Positions 1-16,838 of a stretch of DNA of 64,000 bases are shown in pieces. A program made the position numbers and the translations under genes. The stretch is from positions 12,648,001 to 12,712,000 of the forward strand of contig CM060731.1 of assembly GCA_030704615.1 (NCBI GenBank), read 5' to 3'. The notes beneath the pieces are model-generated. The model saw nothing but the letters and a program-made list of their open reading frames with translations. It searched no databases and was not told where the DNA came from. Source of the stretch: Takakia lepidozioides (taxonomy: Eukaryota > Plantae > Bryophyta). How positions within the stretch are numbered: position 1 is the stretch's first letter; the number at the start of each line of letters is the position of its first letter.

Positions 1-438
1 TGGGACATGTCGGGTGTTTGGTTTGGCTCTCTTGCTTTGCTTTGGCACAACATAAGAGGAAGGTAAGACTGGGGAGCATGACTCAGCACAACACACCAAT
101 CAGCGCCTTGACACGGTGTAAGGTACTTTGACCACATTTTCTCCTTTGACTTGCATGTCTCCGCGCAAAGTCTCTCTCTACGAGAGAGCCAACAAACGTC
201 TTGCTTCATAGATTGATTATCTTCCATCTTTGAATGAGAAGCTCCAAGTACTCCTCTTCAATTATAGCTAGTTCATTTTTTATTTTCATCTTGATATGTC
301 CGATGATGATAATGGGTCTATGCGGTGATGGCTGATTCGAATAAGGGTCGTCTAGCAAGTAGAACCGAACAGCCATGTACGCAGACTAGGTCGCAGGCTA
401 GTGTCTGAAGCACAAGCAATTGGTAGTATACTTTGTGA

Positions 439-2396
439 ATGGCGGTGACAGGGGCAGATTTGCAGGGATTGGTTGCAGCATTGGACGCAGCACTGCTGCC
501 CTGCTTACCGGCTCGAGAGCTTCAAGCAGCCGACCGTTCCACGCATCCATCCCATCAAGGTATGCGCTGCTGTGGTGTCTTTCCCTTTTTCCTCTGGTTC
601 ATCAAGAGTGTGCTACGAGTAGGATCAGAGTCACAGGTAATTTTGTATTTTGGTGGGTTACTACACGAACTGGCTTAAAAGGATTCGTCCCTGTACAGTG
701 TCTAAGTGTCTTGTCTAAAATTGTCTTTTCTCTCCCTCTCCCTCTCAGGTCGCTTTCCTGTGCAGTCACTCATGAGAAAAGAACGACGACTCTGGGGCAG
801 TCATTTCTTGAATTTGAGGTTGCTCGTAGGGTTCTGTTGTCAAGGAGATAAATGGGATAGGTGAGTAAATGAGGTTTGCGAGGGAGAGAGAGAGAGAGAG
901 GGAGAAATACCCATTATTGTTCGCCAGGTACAGAGTTGTTGTCTTGTATTAGTATAGAAATGTCGTGTGGTCTTTTAAAGCAAGCAACATCCAATATTCA
1001 AAGTAATCTTCACCCTGACTAGGGACTAGATGGACTGATATCAAACAGAGGGTCGGGGGGAGCAGAAAGGGGAGGGAGTTTTGAGGCGGGATAGATGGAG
1101 AAGGTTTTAGGTCTGAAGAATGTAAGCAACAGCCATATATATTCCGTGTTTGGTAGTTTTTTGTATGGTGCTTCCGCCTTCACGTTTGAGAGAACTAAGC
1201 TACAGCAGCAAGGTAGGTTATGCAGAGGAGACAGGGTCTGTGGTTGATCTTTGAGAAGGGATACTCAGGTGAGTGTACTTCTAGTCTATTAGACTTTTTC
1301 CAACTGTGGAACAGACAGACACAGCGGCACCCTTGTGAGATCAATAAAAGTACAAGATTGACTCCTAGCTATCAAGCTCTTTATATATAGATTATATGCA
1401 ATATTTTTAAAAGACCACTTGGATCCATTAGAGTTTTCCTAACAAAGTCTGTGTGGTAAGATCTCTCGCTAACCAGGTTATTTGTATGCACTTCAGTTGA
1501 TGTGGAGAGGCATGCTCGGGAGTTTATGGAGGCAGCAAAGAAATTGCAATTGTTTTTCATTCGAGCCCAACATCAGCAACAACCCATCAGAGAAGAAGCT
1601 CTTAAAAAGGTTTTGATTCTACAGACTCTCAGAGATCAAAATTTGTTTTGTGGGGAGGAGAGAAGGATTGTAACAAAATGGTGGGGACTGAGGGTGGGCG
1701 ATTACTTTCAAGGAAATATAATGCCTTGGCATCAAACATATGCTTCTAATATTGGACGAGTAAACCCCTGCCACTGCCACAAACCTCAGCTTATAAGTTC
1801 CGAACTTGGAACTGCCCATAGCTCTTCTCTTTAAGTCACTGAGATCCTCCCGAAATTCTAGTGTGCATTTCCCGTTCAAACTCAAGTGCAACATGAGATG
1901 AAGAGGAAGACTGGGAGACAGATATGTTCATTACGGTAGCCCAATATTCTGGTAGTGGCATTGACATGATACTAGAGAGCATAATTGTTGACTTCTGTAC
2001 TGGTAACGTAGGCCTGTACCTTACATGGGTGCAATACCTGTAGTGGTGGTTGCACCATATTTCACACCTGTAGTGTTGAAAGGCAGAGGTGGGGAGGTGA
2101 GAATTGGATAGTGCTTGTGCACAGCTGCTGACCATTTGTTACAGAAAATTGAATGTCAATTCATGGGTAGCATAGCCATCATACCAGAAAGCACTATTCT
2201 TCTAGGTGCCTGTGTGTTTGAGAAAGAGTCAGGGATTGAAGTCTTATTTGATCTCTTGCAGGAGATAGCAACACTGGAGGCAGAATTGAAGGCCAAAGAT
2301 TCTTTGCTGGAAAGGCAGAGCAAGTTATTGAAAGGGTGGCAAGAGCTTCTTCAAGCGCAGAAGACCATCCATATTGAAGAATTGGAGCGAGTCTGA
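439..2396 (+). CDS. MED28: Mediator complex subunit 28; 3 exons (439-559, 1497-1609, 2262-2396)
   Basis: Spliced product ALDAALLPCLPARELQAADRSTHPSHQ|VDVERHAREFMEAAKKLQLFF...EELERV* matches plant MED28. GT-AG introns are in consistent phase. Confidence 0.93.
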
Positions 2397-2872
2397 TCCT
2401 ACCCTTCTGAGGTCTGATTATGCAGGATTGGTGAAGGCTTTGTGAGGGTTGAGCTATAGCTTTTGCTCCATGAGTAGATGGTCTGGGATTGAGTGTAGTG
2501 CATGTTTTTTCCCATGATGTCTTTGGGATAGCAACCAGTGGTGAAACCTGTAGGGGAGAATGGGTTTAATCAATGGAAATTCCTCTTGCATTCGAGACGA
2601 CCACTGAGCAGAGGTCAAGTCACGGCAGAGTACATCAGGGGCTTTTTGGCATTGCCTGGGAGTCCAGCCCTACTGCCATGAATGTTCCACGAGTTTTCTT
2701 TTCTTAACAAGATCCCATTTTACAACATGTACCAGGCTTTAATATGGATAGAAAATTTGCCTTGCATCCTTGCAAGTCAAAAGTTCAACCCTTGTTTTAT
2801 GCTTAGAAGCACATCTGGCGATAGAAGCATCAGGTTGGTAAGGTTGGGACAGTACCAAAACGTGGGAGAGAA

Positions 2873-4869
2873 CTATTTCTTCCACCCAGGCTTCTTTGGA
2901 CCTGACGGTTTCTCTTCAACTTTTATCTTCTCTTTTGGAGCTTTTGCAGCAGCTGCAGCATCAGAATCCAGCTTGGCTTTCTGCTCAGCTTCGAGCTTGA
3001 CCTTTTCCTCAGCTTCAAACTTAGCCTTCTCCTCGGCTGCAAGCTTAGCCTTCTCCTCAGCTTCAAGTTTAGCCTTTTTCTCGGCAAGGCATTTTTGTGC
3101 TAGTTCTAATTCAATTTTGATCTTGTCTTTGTTGTCCAAAAAATAATTTGCTAGATACTTGAAGGGGTCACGGGGCCTGCACAAGAGTCCAAGAAAGGCT
3201 TTATTTGGCATTCTCCCATCGCCGCCGCTCCTCCCCTCCCCTCTTCTTCTGTCTTCCTCTGGATGTTTTGACTACATCAAACCGGCTGGTCTTTTGAAAC
3301 AGTACATGTAGAAGTATTTTCTGTCCTGCTGGTACATATATGGACAAAGCTTTGGTGTTCAGCGCAAGTGAGAGGGAATCACACCTGTCAAGTATAAGAT
3401 GCTGTAGACCCTGCAACAGCAACGCCACTATGTTTTCCTCCTACGCACACAGATCATTCCCCTGGATGTTGGTATTATGTTGAATCTCACATTGGTAAGA
3501 TCTTCATGTTGAGGAGAAGATTCATTAGAGATCAGGTGTCGAAGACTGGCACACTTGTACATATCTCTCTCCATATGTTGCCTCTACAGCTCTTTCCTCT
3601 TGGTGACAAGAGGGAAACACCAAAAAGCAATCTTTACTACAAAAGTCTGGACCACAGCCTGAGCCTCGGAGCAATGCTGATCCTGTCTGGTCAGGAAACA
3701 GAGATCTCTACACACATGCAGGTGTGGGTTTGTCACTTCCAAATGTCTAGCAAGTCTGCCTCTTAGAACTTGTGGAGTACCGAAGCTTGAAGATTGCTCA
3801 AGACGCATGGAAAGCTGGAGGTTGAGAGCCTTGCTTTCTGCTGCAAGGAAGTTTGAGGTATCACCAAACGTACCAGGTATAGCCGAATATCCACTGCTCG
3901 GATCATAATGTGTTTCTTCAGATCTTCAGATATTTTTCTTGCCTTCTCGGCTCCCTCTTGAGCCATCTTTTTGGCCTGATCGGCTTCCTGCACAGATTAC
4001 GTGGTTGCTCGTGATCGCTGTGTGAGTTCAGTTCATATTTCATAGTTGAAACTCTTGCTATCTTCACAAAAGGCCAGCTTCACCCACCCACACCTAGGAG
4101 AAACTTGTCTTGATTCTACTGCTAGTATATAAAACACTGCCTAACAAGCATGAGGACGCACAGTATCCAATTTCCACAAATATCAGAGCAGCTGAGTGAG
4201 CATCACCTGATTAGTGCGCCAGTCAGATTGCAGGGACCAGTCTTGCTGGCCTGCCCCTGTTCTATCTTCTTATTTGGAGGAAGAGATGGCAAATTTGCAA
4301 AAGGAAAACAAAAGAGAGAGGAAGAGAGAGGTGTTGGGTTGCACACATTATTCTGCCCGGCATCAGCGCCTTGGGTCTTTGGTCTAGAATACCATGCTGT
4401 CAGTTCCTTTAGGTCTGGATCGTCAAACCATAACTCATCAAACGTGAGTGGTTTCAAGGGATCTCTTGGTGGGGGCTCTGCAGCAGACACAGTACAAACT
4501 TGAGAAGGATAGCTGAATATCCATGAACAAAGGTATGAAGTCAATCTATGTGTGGCCTTGATGACATTCTTTAATGGATCTCCAATTAGGTCTGTTACAA
4601 AGTCAAGCTATGCGGCCAGAAGGTCCAGTTTAAACATGGGGTGAATCGTGTTTCTGGTAGGGGCTTCAAAGACATTGTACAAGAAATTGCTGAAAATCAG
4701 ATGTTTTTGTCTTGCATTGGAGCAAACTGTTGGAGTAGCTGTTTCCCACCGTCAAAAGATCAAACTACCCACATCCACTTCTGGTGGGCACGCTGAGATT
4801 CTTGCCTGGTTCTTTCACAAGTGTCTTTGCCCTTTTGTCTTTCTTTGGATCCTCCTTTTTGGGTGCCAT
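2873..4869 (-). CDS. Dpy-30-motif protein, paralogue 1; exons 4869-4806, 4477-~4390 (donor uncertain), 3987-3874, 3440-3385, 3176-2873
   Basis: Spliced product contains IRLYL|EENIVALLLQGLQHLILDR|PRDPFKYLANYFLDN (Dpy-30 motif), an N-terminal MAPKK and PLTFDELWFDDP. Exon layout matches the paralogue at 39447-41844. First intron has a GC donor. Confidence 0.8.
2965..3085 (-). repeat. Coding 24-bp (8-aa) tandem repeat, KAKLEAEE-like, about 5 copies
   Basis: Translation EKKAKLEAEEKAKLAAEEKAKFEAEEKVKLEAEQKAKLD. Confidence 0.8.
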
Positions 4870-5494
4870 ATCCGTCAGTCGAAGGATATAAGATGAAGGA
4901 CCTTGTTTGTCCTCAAGCTATTTTGACCCATCCACACTCTCACAAACATGTTCGTTCAAACTCTAACATGAAATCCTCAATGACTGAGCACAACTGGACT
5001 TTTTCCTTGAAACTTGCTCTGTCTTTGCATCCCTGACGCCTGTAGTCTGCTCCACTTACCTCGCCCAAATGCATTTGAAAGAAAGCTGATGCTGTAACTT
5101 CCACTTACTCTTGACATATAAAAGACGAACAGAACAGAAGCAAGACAGGTAGCCATAGCCTTTGTACACCAGTGGCCAATGTACTCCCGCCATCTGCGCC
5201 TTTTTGATATCCAAGTTGATGAATGGAGACATTCCGCCCAGCAATGGAACGGTAGGACGCGGATGGATAGAGGAATTTCGCAAATCTAGACGAAATGGCC
5301 GTTAGAATTTTCATTGCGAACTGAGTGCGCCCACACATGCAAGGAAAAGCTCCAGCGGCTCTCTCTATCTGCAACCCCCGCCCTCTCTCGTTCTCGGTCT
5401 CTGGATGCCTTCCAGGGAACTCTTGGAAGGTATCATTTACTTGGAACAGTGGCTGGGGAAATCCGGACTGAGGTAGACCTCAGTGTGCCTCAAA

Positions 5495-10517
<5,023 letters not shown>

Positions 10518-11075
10518 TGATGCTGGTGGCTACGATACGATGCAGGACGACATTCTTCAACAAAACTCTAATTGTCATAAGTGAAATTTGAATGGTCTAG
10601 TGAAGCAAGGCCTGAGGCCTGGATACACTTTCGCAAGCCACTGTCGAGCACATTGCCTTGCATTGAAGATAAAAGTGAGTATCTCCTTGGTCATCCCTCT
10701 GAAGTTTGCCCGATGGGTAGGATCTTAGGTTGCATTCAAAGGGATGAGTCACTGACTGTGTTGTGAAGGCATTTATACAAGTAACATTTGCATCTTTGTT
10801 GTCATATTGCTCAGTTTGCATGCCTTCCAGATGTCAAATCTTACAATTGAAGACAGAAAGTCAGAGCTGCTACATCACGGAAGGCAGGTTGTGGTAGTTC
10901 CTGAGCATTTGAGTAATCAAAAATCAGGAAGATGAGAAAGAGTCTGCTTTTGCAGAATGGAGGGAGCCTAAAATAAGGGAAACAAATTTTTAGTGTACAA
11001 CTGGGATACACAGGAAATGGACAAACTAAACTACAGCTCATAACAGGGCTGGAAGTGGCTACCTCTACACTCTGC

Positions 11076-14000
11076 TCAAAAGTCCCAGCCATCTTTCCGG
11101 TTGTTGAACCCCCACTTCTGCAGAGGGACACCCCCATATAGCTGAGAAAACCTCAGCAAACAGTTTGTTCTCTTACAGTAGTGATCCCTAGTATCTCTAC
11201 TGATGGCCGAGCTAGACAGCTTGGAAGTATCAATTGCCCATGCAGGGTGCACATACTCAACTGTGCGTCTTGACGTCCCATTCGCAAGAATGAAATTCAA
11301 CAAAATATCTTCACAATTGAACAGTTCATCAACCAGGGCCCGTCCTTGATCTGTCTCCTTACTCCAATACCTCTCAAATGCAACCTCACTGTCCACAAAG
11401 GCTGCACCAGTCAAAATCATGTTGTAACCCTTCTGGGTGCGAGCATATCTCTCATTTCTGTATTTGAGTGGGCTACCATCAATCAGACGGGGGTAGAACC
11501 CAACAATTCTGTCAGGGTTTTCACGCCATGCTTTGAACCCCCTCTCGACATCATCACAGGTCATCATGATGTCATCATCAAGCTCAAAGACAGCCCGTGT
11601 TGATATTTGTTGGTCAGGTTTGAATCGGTTGTTGAGCGAGTTTATGGGCTCCACTCGGATCCTAACAGGCACAGCCGAATCAAACTCTGTCACTGGATCA
11701 GGTGGTTGGCCCTTGTTCCAGACCACAACAATCTCCCGTACTGATGCACACCGTGAGTAGTGTTTGATGTACATTTTAAGGTTCCAAAGCCGGGCTTCAT
11801 AAGTCATCGCAATCATTGTGAACTGTGAGAATTGATCCTCCAATGCATATGGTTCCTCCGTACCATTGCCCCCGAACAGACACTTGACAGCCACGCAAAC
11901 AGATACCACCCCAATGATGAGGCTCATGAGGAGCAGAAGAAAGCCCATGCAAGATCTCCACCGCAGTCTGCCCCGAAGGAAAGAAGTGCTCTTGTTCAAT
12001 CGCATCGCTGCCTTGTATAGCTTGGGAGGTAACTGGGGTCGGATACATGATAACAAAGTATCACCCCTCTTCGCTGGACTTATGTACAAGTTTGAGGGAA
12101 GCATGCATCTCACAGACCCAGATAATATGCCTATAAAGGCTATCAACAACAACAACACCAAAAGTGCTGTTAAACCTAAAGCATACTTGAATGACAGGTC
12201 ACCTGAGGGGACTCGGTCCCCATCCATGACAGCCACCCATTCACTTGATGGGAGCTGTTGCACATCGATATGGTGATGCCGAAGTCCATTCCATGCATAC
12301 CGGCCCTTCTTTGAAACTTCTATGCTAAGGGAAACCTCAACCTCATGAAACTTGTCTTTTGTGAGCGTGTCCACATGGAAGGCACGCACGCGTCGACCAT
12401 AAGTCTCCCCGCTATCCTGACCGAAACGGTAAAGCTTGCCTTCCCACACGAAGGGTCGCCCTCCACTACGAGCCCCAATGGCCCTATCCCCATTGTAAAC
12501 AGGATTACTTCCATGCTGCCGCCATGGCCCCAATGGAGTCAGTGCAACCCAAATCTCAAGCTCTCCATTTTTTCTGGCCCCAAACCGATGGTGGTCTGAT
12601 GCAAAGATCCAGTAGTGCCCATTATATTTCACCATTGAGGCATCTACTAAAGGCTTCTCAATTATCACATTCTCCAACTTCCACTGTAGTGGAAATGTAA
12701 GTGCACGGTAAAGCCGTAAATCTCCTTTCTTGCTGCCCTCAGGCATCATATAAATCTGTACCCATGCAAAACAATCAAAGACCTTCCAAAAACAGAAGTC
12801 AAACCCCACGGTTGGGTTTTGCAACACATATGGATCGAGGTATGTATGTGCTCTTGATTCTAAATCCCTGACAATGTACTCACACTTAAAAGATATTCCA
12901 GCTTTTTGCCTTTGTATTTTTGGGGATCTGCAACCTTACAGGGATTTTCCCCATAAGATGTATGTCTTATTGGGGAAGATCCCTGTAAGGAATGGGGCCC
13001 ACCCTCTTTTCTTTTCTTAACTCTTTTCTTCTTGTCTCCTTTCTCATCTTTTTCCGTCCTGGAGACCCTAAAAGAAATATGCTGAAAAGAAATGAGGTGG
13101 AAAATCTTTACGCATGGTAAGTCGCTGTCCCGCGGTACTTCCACAGTCCCCAGTCTGCTCACTCAGGCTCCGCCCTCGTTTGAAAACCTCAAACTGCGGA
13201 AGTACCTCGCGCCAGTGCCTTCCCCTATACTTGAGTACCCCACCTACTAACCAGGGTAATGCTGGTACAATGTTCCGCAAGGAGCCCAGTTCAGAAAGGG
13301 AGTAACTGAAGGGTAAAGCCTTTTGAGAATAGGGACAAAAGCAAGAAAGAGAAAGGAAAGGACCCTTTCCATAGAGGTCAAAATCATCACCCACCATTCC
13401 CAACTGCATCAAGCAAAATGAGGTACCTCTCACTATGCAGGTAGACATGTGAGATGTAAAGGGACCGAACCTGGCCATCATACTCAAAGACAAAGGGGTA
13501 CGATAGGTGCCACTCCTCATCCAGTGCAATGCCTACATAGCTCCACGTGGCACCCCCATCTTTGCTTTCAGCCACCCCTATGTCTCCCTGCTTTGTAATA
13601 CTATTTTTTGACTCAAAAAACATGTACATCCTTGAGCCCTGCCACAGAAAGCACACAGTATAAAGCCTGGCTTGTGTTCTCCAAGGGCAGTCTCTCAGTT
13701 AGTTGACCATCCCTATAGATTCAAGCAAATGCGATGCTCTGTCTGTCTATCTACATGGACAACCCATTTATATGGTTCTACTAGGCATCAAGGAGGAAGA
13801 CTTGGCTATCAAGTTGCAAGCCTTCTGAGCTCTTCTTGTATCTCTCTCTCTCTCTCTCCATCACACAGCCCGCCATTCTGAATCCTCCAGGTTGAGAATT
13901 AAGGTTACCAAGTTATGCCAGACTCCAAGAGGATCAACTATCATTCAGCATAAACTAGCAATACTTGGCAACTTAGGCTACAGAGCACTAATCAGTGTGT

Positions 14001-15217
14001 AACTCACTCTCAGTCAGACCTCCACTGTCAGATAGCCAACATCATTGGTCGTGGAGAAGTCGATACAAACCTGAATGAAGAGAAACGGGTCTGCCACAAA
14101 ATTGCTAGGATAGTTCCTATCCACAACAGAAGCGCATGTGAACACAGGATTGGCCACAGGCCAAGCTGCTCCATTATCACTTCGAAAATTGGCCTACACA
14201 CAGAGCCCAAAACACCTTCAACTGCTCAATCACCACTCTGTGTAGGAGAACTCTCTTTCCATCACTGCTGAGCGCTTTATGACAAAGGAAAAATAGAATC
14301 GTCAAACTCTGATGGTGACGTCACCAAACAAAACATTCTAAACTGATCATCGGAAACAGATTCAGTGTCAGATGAAAGGTCAAGGATCCAACCGCCGAAT
14401 TTCATTCATATCTAGCTGGAGCGCAGACCTCAATACTCAGCCCAAGTTCTCAAAAAAATCAAACAATGCCAAGAACGTGCAAATCCAAGATACAGGCCAG
14501 CATCGGTTGATTTTTACTTTGACATTTAAAGTGGCAGAACTACTCTCGGGATGAAAGAAGTCAGGCAGGGCAGACTGAACACAGGGATTGGAGACATGTC
14601 GACTTTCAGCAGTAGCTTTCTGTACGGTAACTCTTCTTTGAATGACGTCAATAAATTTGAAATAACACGTCCACCTCCAATCACGCGGTAACGATACAAA
14701 CAGCTAGTGCCTAAGCTCAACCAGACATAGTAGGAACTCATTCAGCAGCAGACAAGAAGGACACAAGGCGATGTCTGATATTTCAAAAGCATGCTCATGC
14801 GACTTCAAATTCTCTCGTTCAGGCTGCTTGCCAACCAACAAACATGCATATACCAATCACCCAGAGAAATACCATCTCAATTGGCTGCAAAGAGAAAGGA
14901 CTACTCCCGCGATAGACGCCGATGCTCCACGAGCCTTCATTGTCAGGAAGGCAACCAATGGATTCCTTGTGCTGATGCTGGTAAGGAGAGAATGCAAGCC
15001 ATGCAAACAGCGTTCCCAGAGCTCCGAACAGCACGAACGACCACGCAAAAAAAAGGAACGTTGAAGACAACCCACAGCCTCGATGCTGCAGCTTGTCATG
15101 GCACTTGGGACACAGCTCCGAGCCAGACCAGCGCCACCGACACCTACACCTGAAACTCATGGCAACCCACCCTAATCCTGGACCCCCCCCTCCTGGACTG
15201 GACGTCTTCATCTTCAT
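11076..15217 (-). CDS. GINT1: Glucosamine inositolphosphorylceramide transferase 1 (GT64 family); exons ~15217-14873, 14193-14071, 13638-13471, 12755-11076
   Basis: GCLPDNEGSWSIGVYRG, AAWPVANPV..SNFVADPFL, HLSYPFVF, then a GT64 domain (SLNNRFKPD, LDDD, NCEDILLNF). Start codon choice is uncertain. Confidence 0.93.
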
Positions 15218-15726
15218 CCCCTTCTCCCCCGTTGCTTTCGGCACGCATCCCGTGTGTGCCTCATGCACTGCACCTCCGATTCCTCCCACCACTCCTTCAA
15301 CCCACTCGAATCTTCTTCCTGCCTTCTAACCCGCATCACAAATCCTCTCCACAGCCTCCAGCATTCCAGTGACAAGGCAGGATCGGCTCCACATCTGCGC
15401 ACACCTCAAGGATCAACCAAGCAGCTCTGTGGAGCGGCAAGGTCAATGCCACCACCCTCCTTGCCAGCGACCGGGTCAGCCGGCCGCCCGGAGGCACATG
15501 CTAAGCTCCTGTGGTATGTACCTCCGGGCGGTCATGTTTCTAGTCTCTACCCGGTGGTCCCCACACGCTCTTGCAGCTTTCCAGTGTGGACTCACTGTGT
15601 GTTGGGGCTGTTTACATTTGGCAAATGGAAGGAGAGAGATGGAGCAAGTCCAAGGCAGCAGAGACTGCAAAGAAAAACAGAGGGCTTGGAGAGAGCAAGA
15701 GAACCACCATAGACAGAGCCTCTTAT

Positions 15727-15985
15727 TACCCTTGTGGGTACTGCCCCCTTTCCATAGACGAGAAATGGAATAAGATAGAAGACTGTAGAAATTGTTGTTA
15801 CCCTTGCGGGTACTTCCCCTTTTCAGAGCTGGGCTCTGGAACAAGCATAAACAAGAAATGGAATAAGAAGATAGAAGACTGCAGAAATTGTTGTGACTCT
15901 TGCGGGAACTGGCCCTTTTCAGGGCTGGGCTCTGGAACAAGCATAAACAAGAAATGGAATAAGAAGATGGAAGACTGCAGAAGTT
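15727..15985 (+). repeat. Tandem repeat, about 3 units (72 bp, then ~96 bp), frame-preserving
   Basis: Repeated CCCTTGCGGGTACT..CCCCTTTTC..AAGAAATGGAATAAG..AGAAGACTGCAGAA units. Confidence 0.85.
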
Positions 15986-16838
15986 GAATCTAAGATAGTC
16001 AGGTCGAGAGGGTTCGATTGTTTCTTGAAATGCAGCTGCGAATACGCCCGACTGTTTCAATCAGATGCATAATGAGCTTCAGTCATATTTTGAGAATCCT
16101 GAGGGGCAAACATCCATGAAATAACAGTTTTGGGGGTATAAAAGAGCAGGTAGGAAAAGAGGAGACTGAAAAAGTAGGATAGTAGGTTAAAGGAAAGCCA
16201 AGCGAGGAAAGAAATAAGGACAGAACCAGGGACCTGGCTAGCAGGCTGAAAAGTCCCCATTATGTCGTGAGAAGAAGATTTTGGAAAGATCAAAGCAGAA
16301 ACAACACCTTACAGTGCAAACAGCTCTTATCCTTTCTTATGAAGAAGGCGTACTGACTAAACATCTGAGAGACCCAGAACTCTTTTGAGCTGCCGACTCT
16401 CAAGGACCTGTAGCATTGCTATTGAGAATGCCATACTTTTTAGCCATGTCCAGAATAAGCTATGGTTGACATACAGGCGAAGTGGCAGCAACCAACACAA
16501 ATATTTTCAGAATGTGGCCATAATGCAATTTGGTTTTGTTCATCCTTCCCAGACTTCACTAATAGTGACCAAGGGAAGAGTTAGTGTAATCATTTCAAAG
16601 GTATCGGGAAAAGGGTCCAATGGGACAGTTGATGTAGGCCTCCCCATGTGATGGTGGTCGGGAGAAAAATGAGGGCAGGGCCAAGAAGGGCTGCTAAACA
16701 AGGACAGCCTCATGATTACACATGTAGCATGAACCCCGAGGAGAATGTACTCATGCCGTTCCCTTCAAACGTTGGCTTGCCACAGCCTTACGGCCATTGA
16801 ACCCTAAGGAGAGAAAGACTGGAACCCATGTCTAGCTG

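Noticed and set aside
420-851. 143-aa ORF and similar ORF-track calls (2682-3146, 15476-16060, 25659-26204, 26080-26721, 46068-46499, 57249-57833, 58897-59652)
   Set aside because: Alternative-frame, antisense or intronic shadows of real genes and repeats, with no recognisable motifs.
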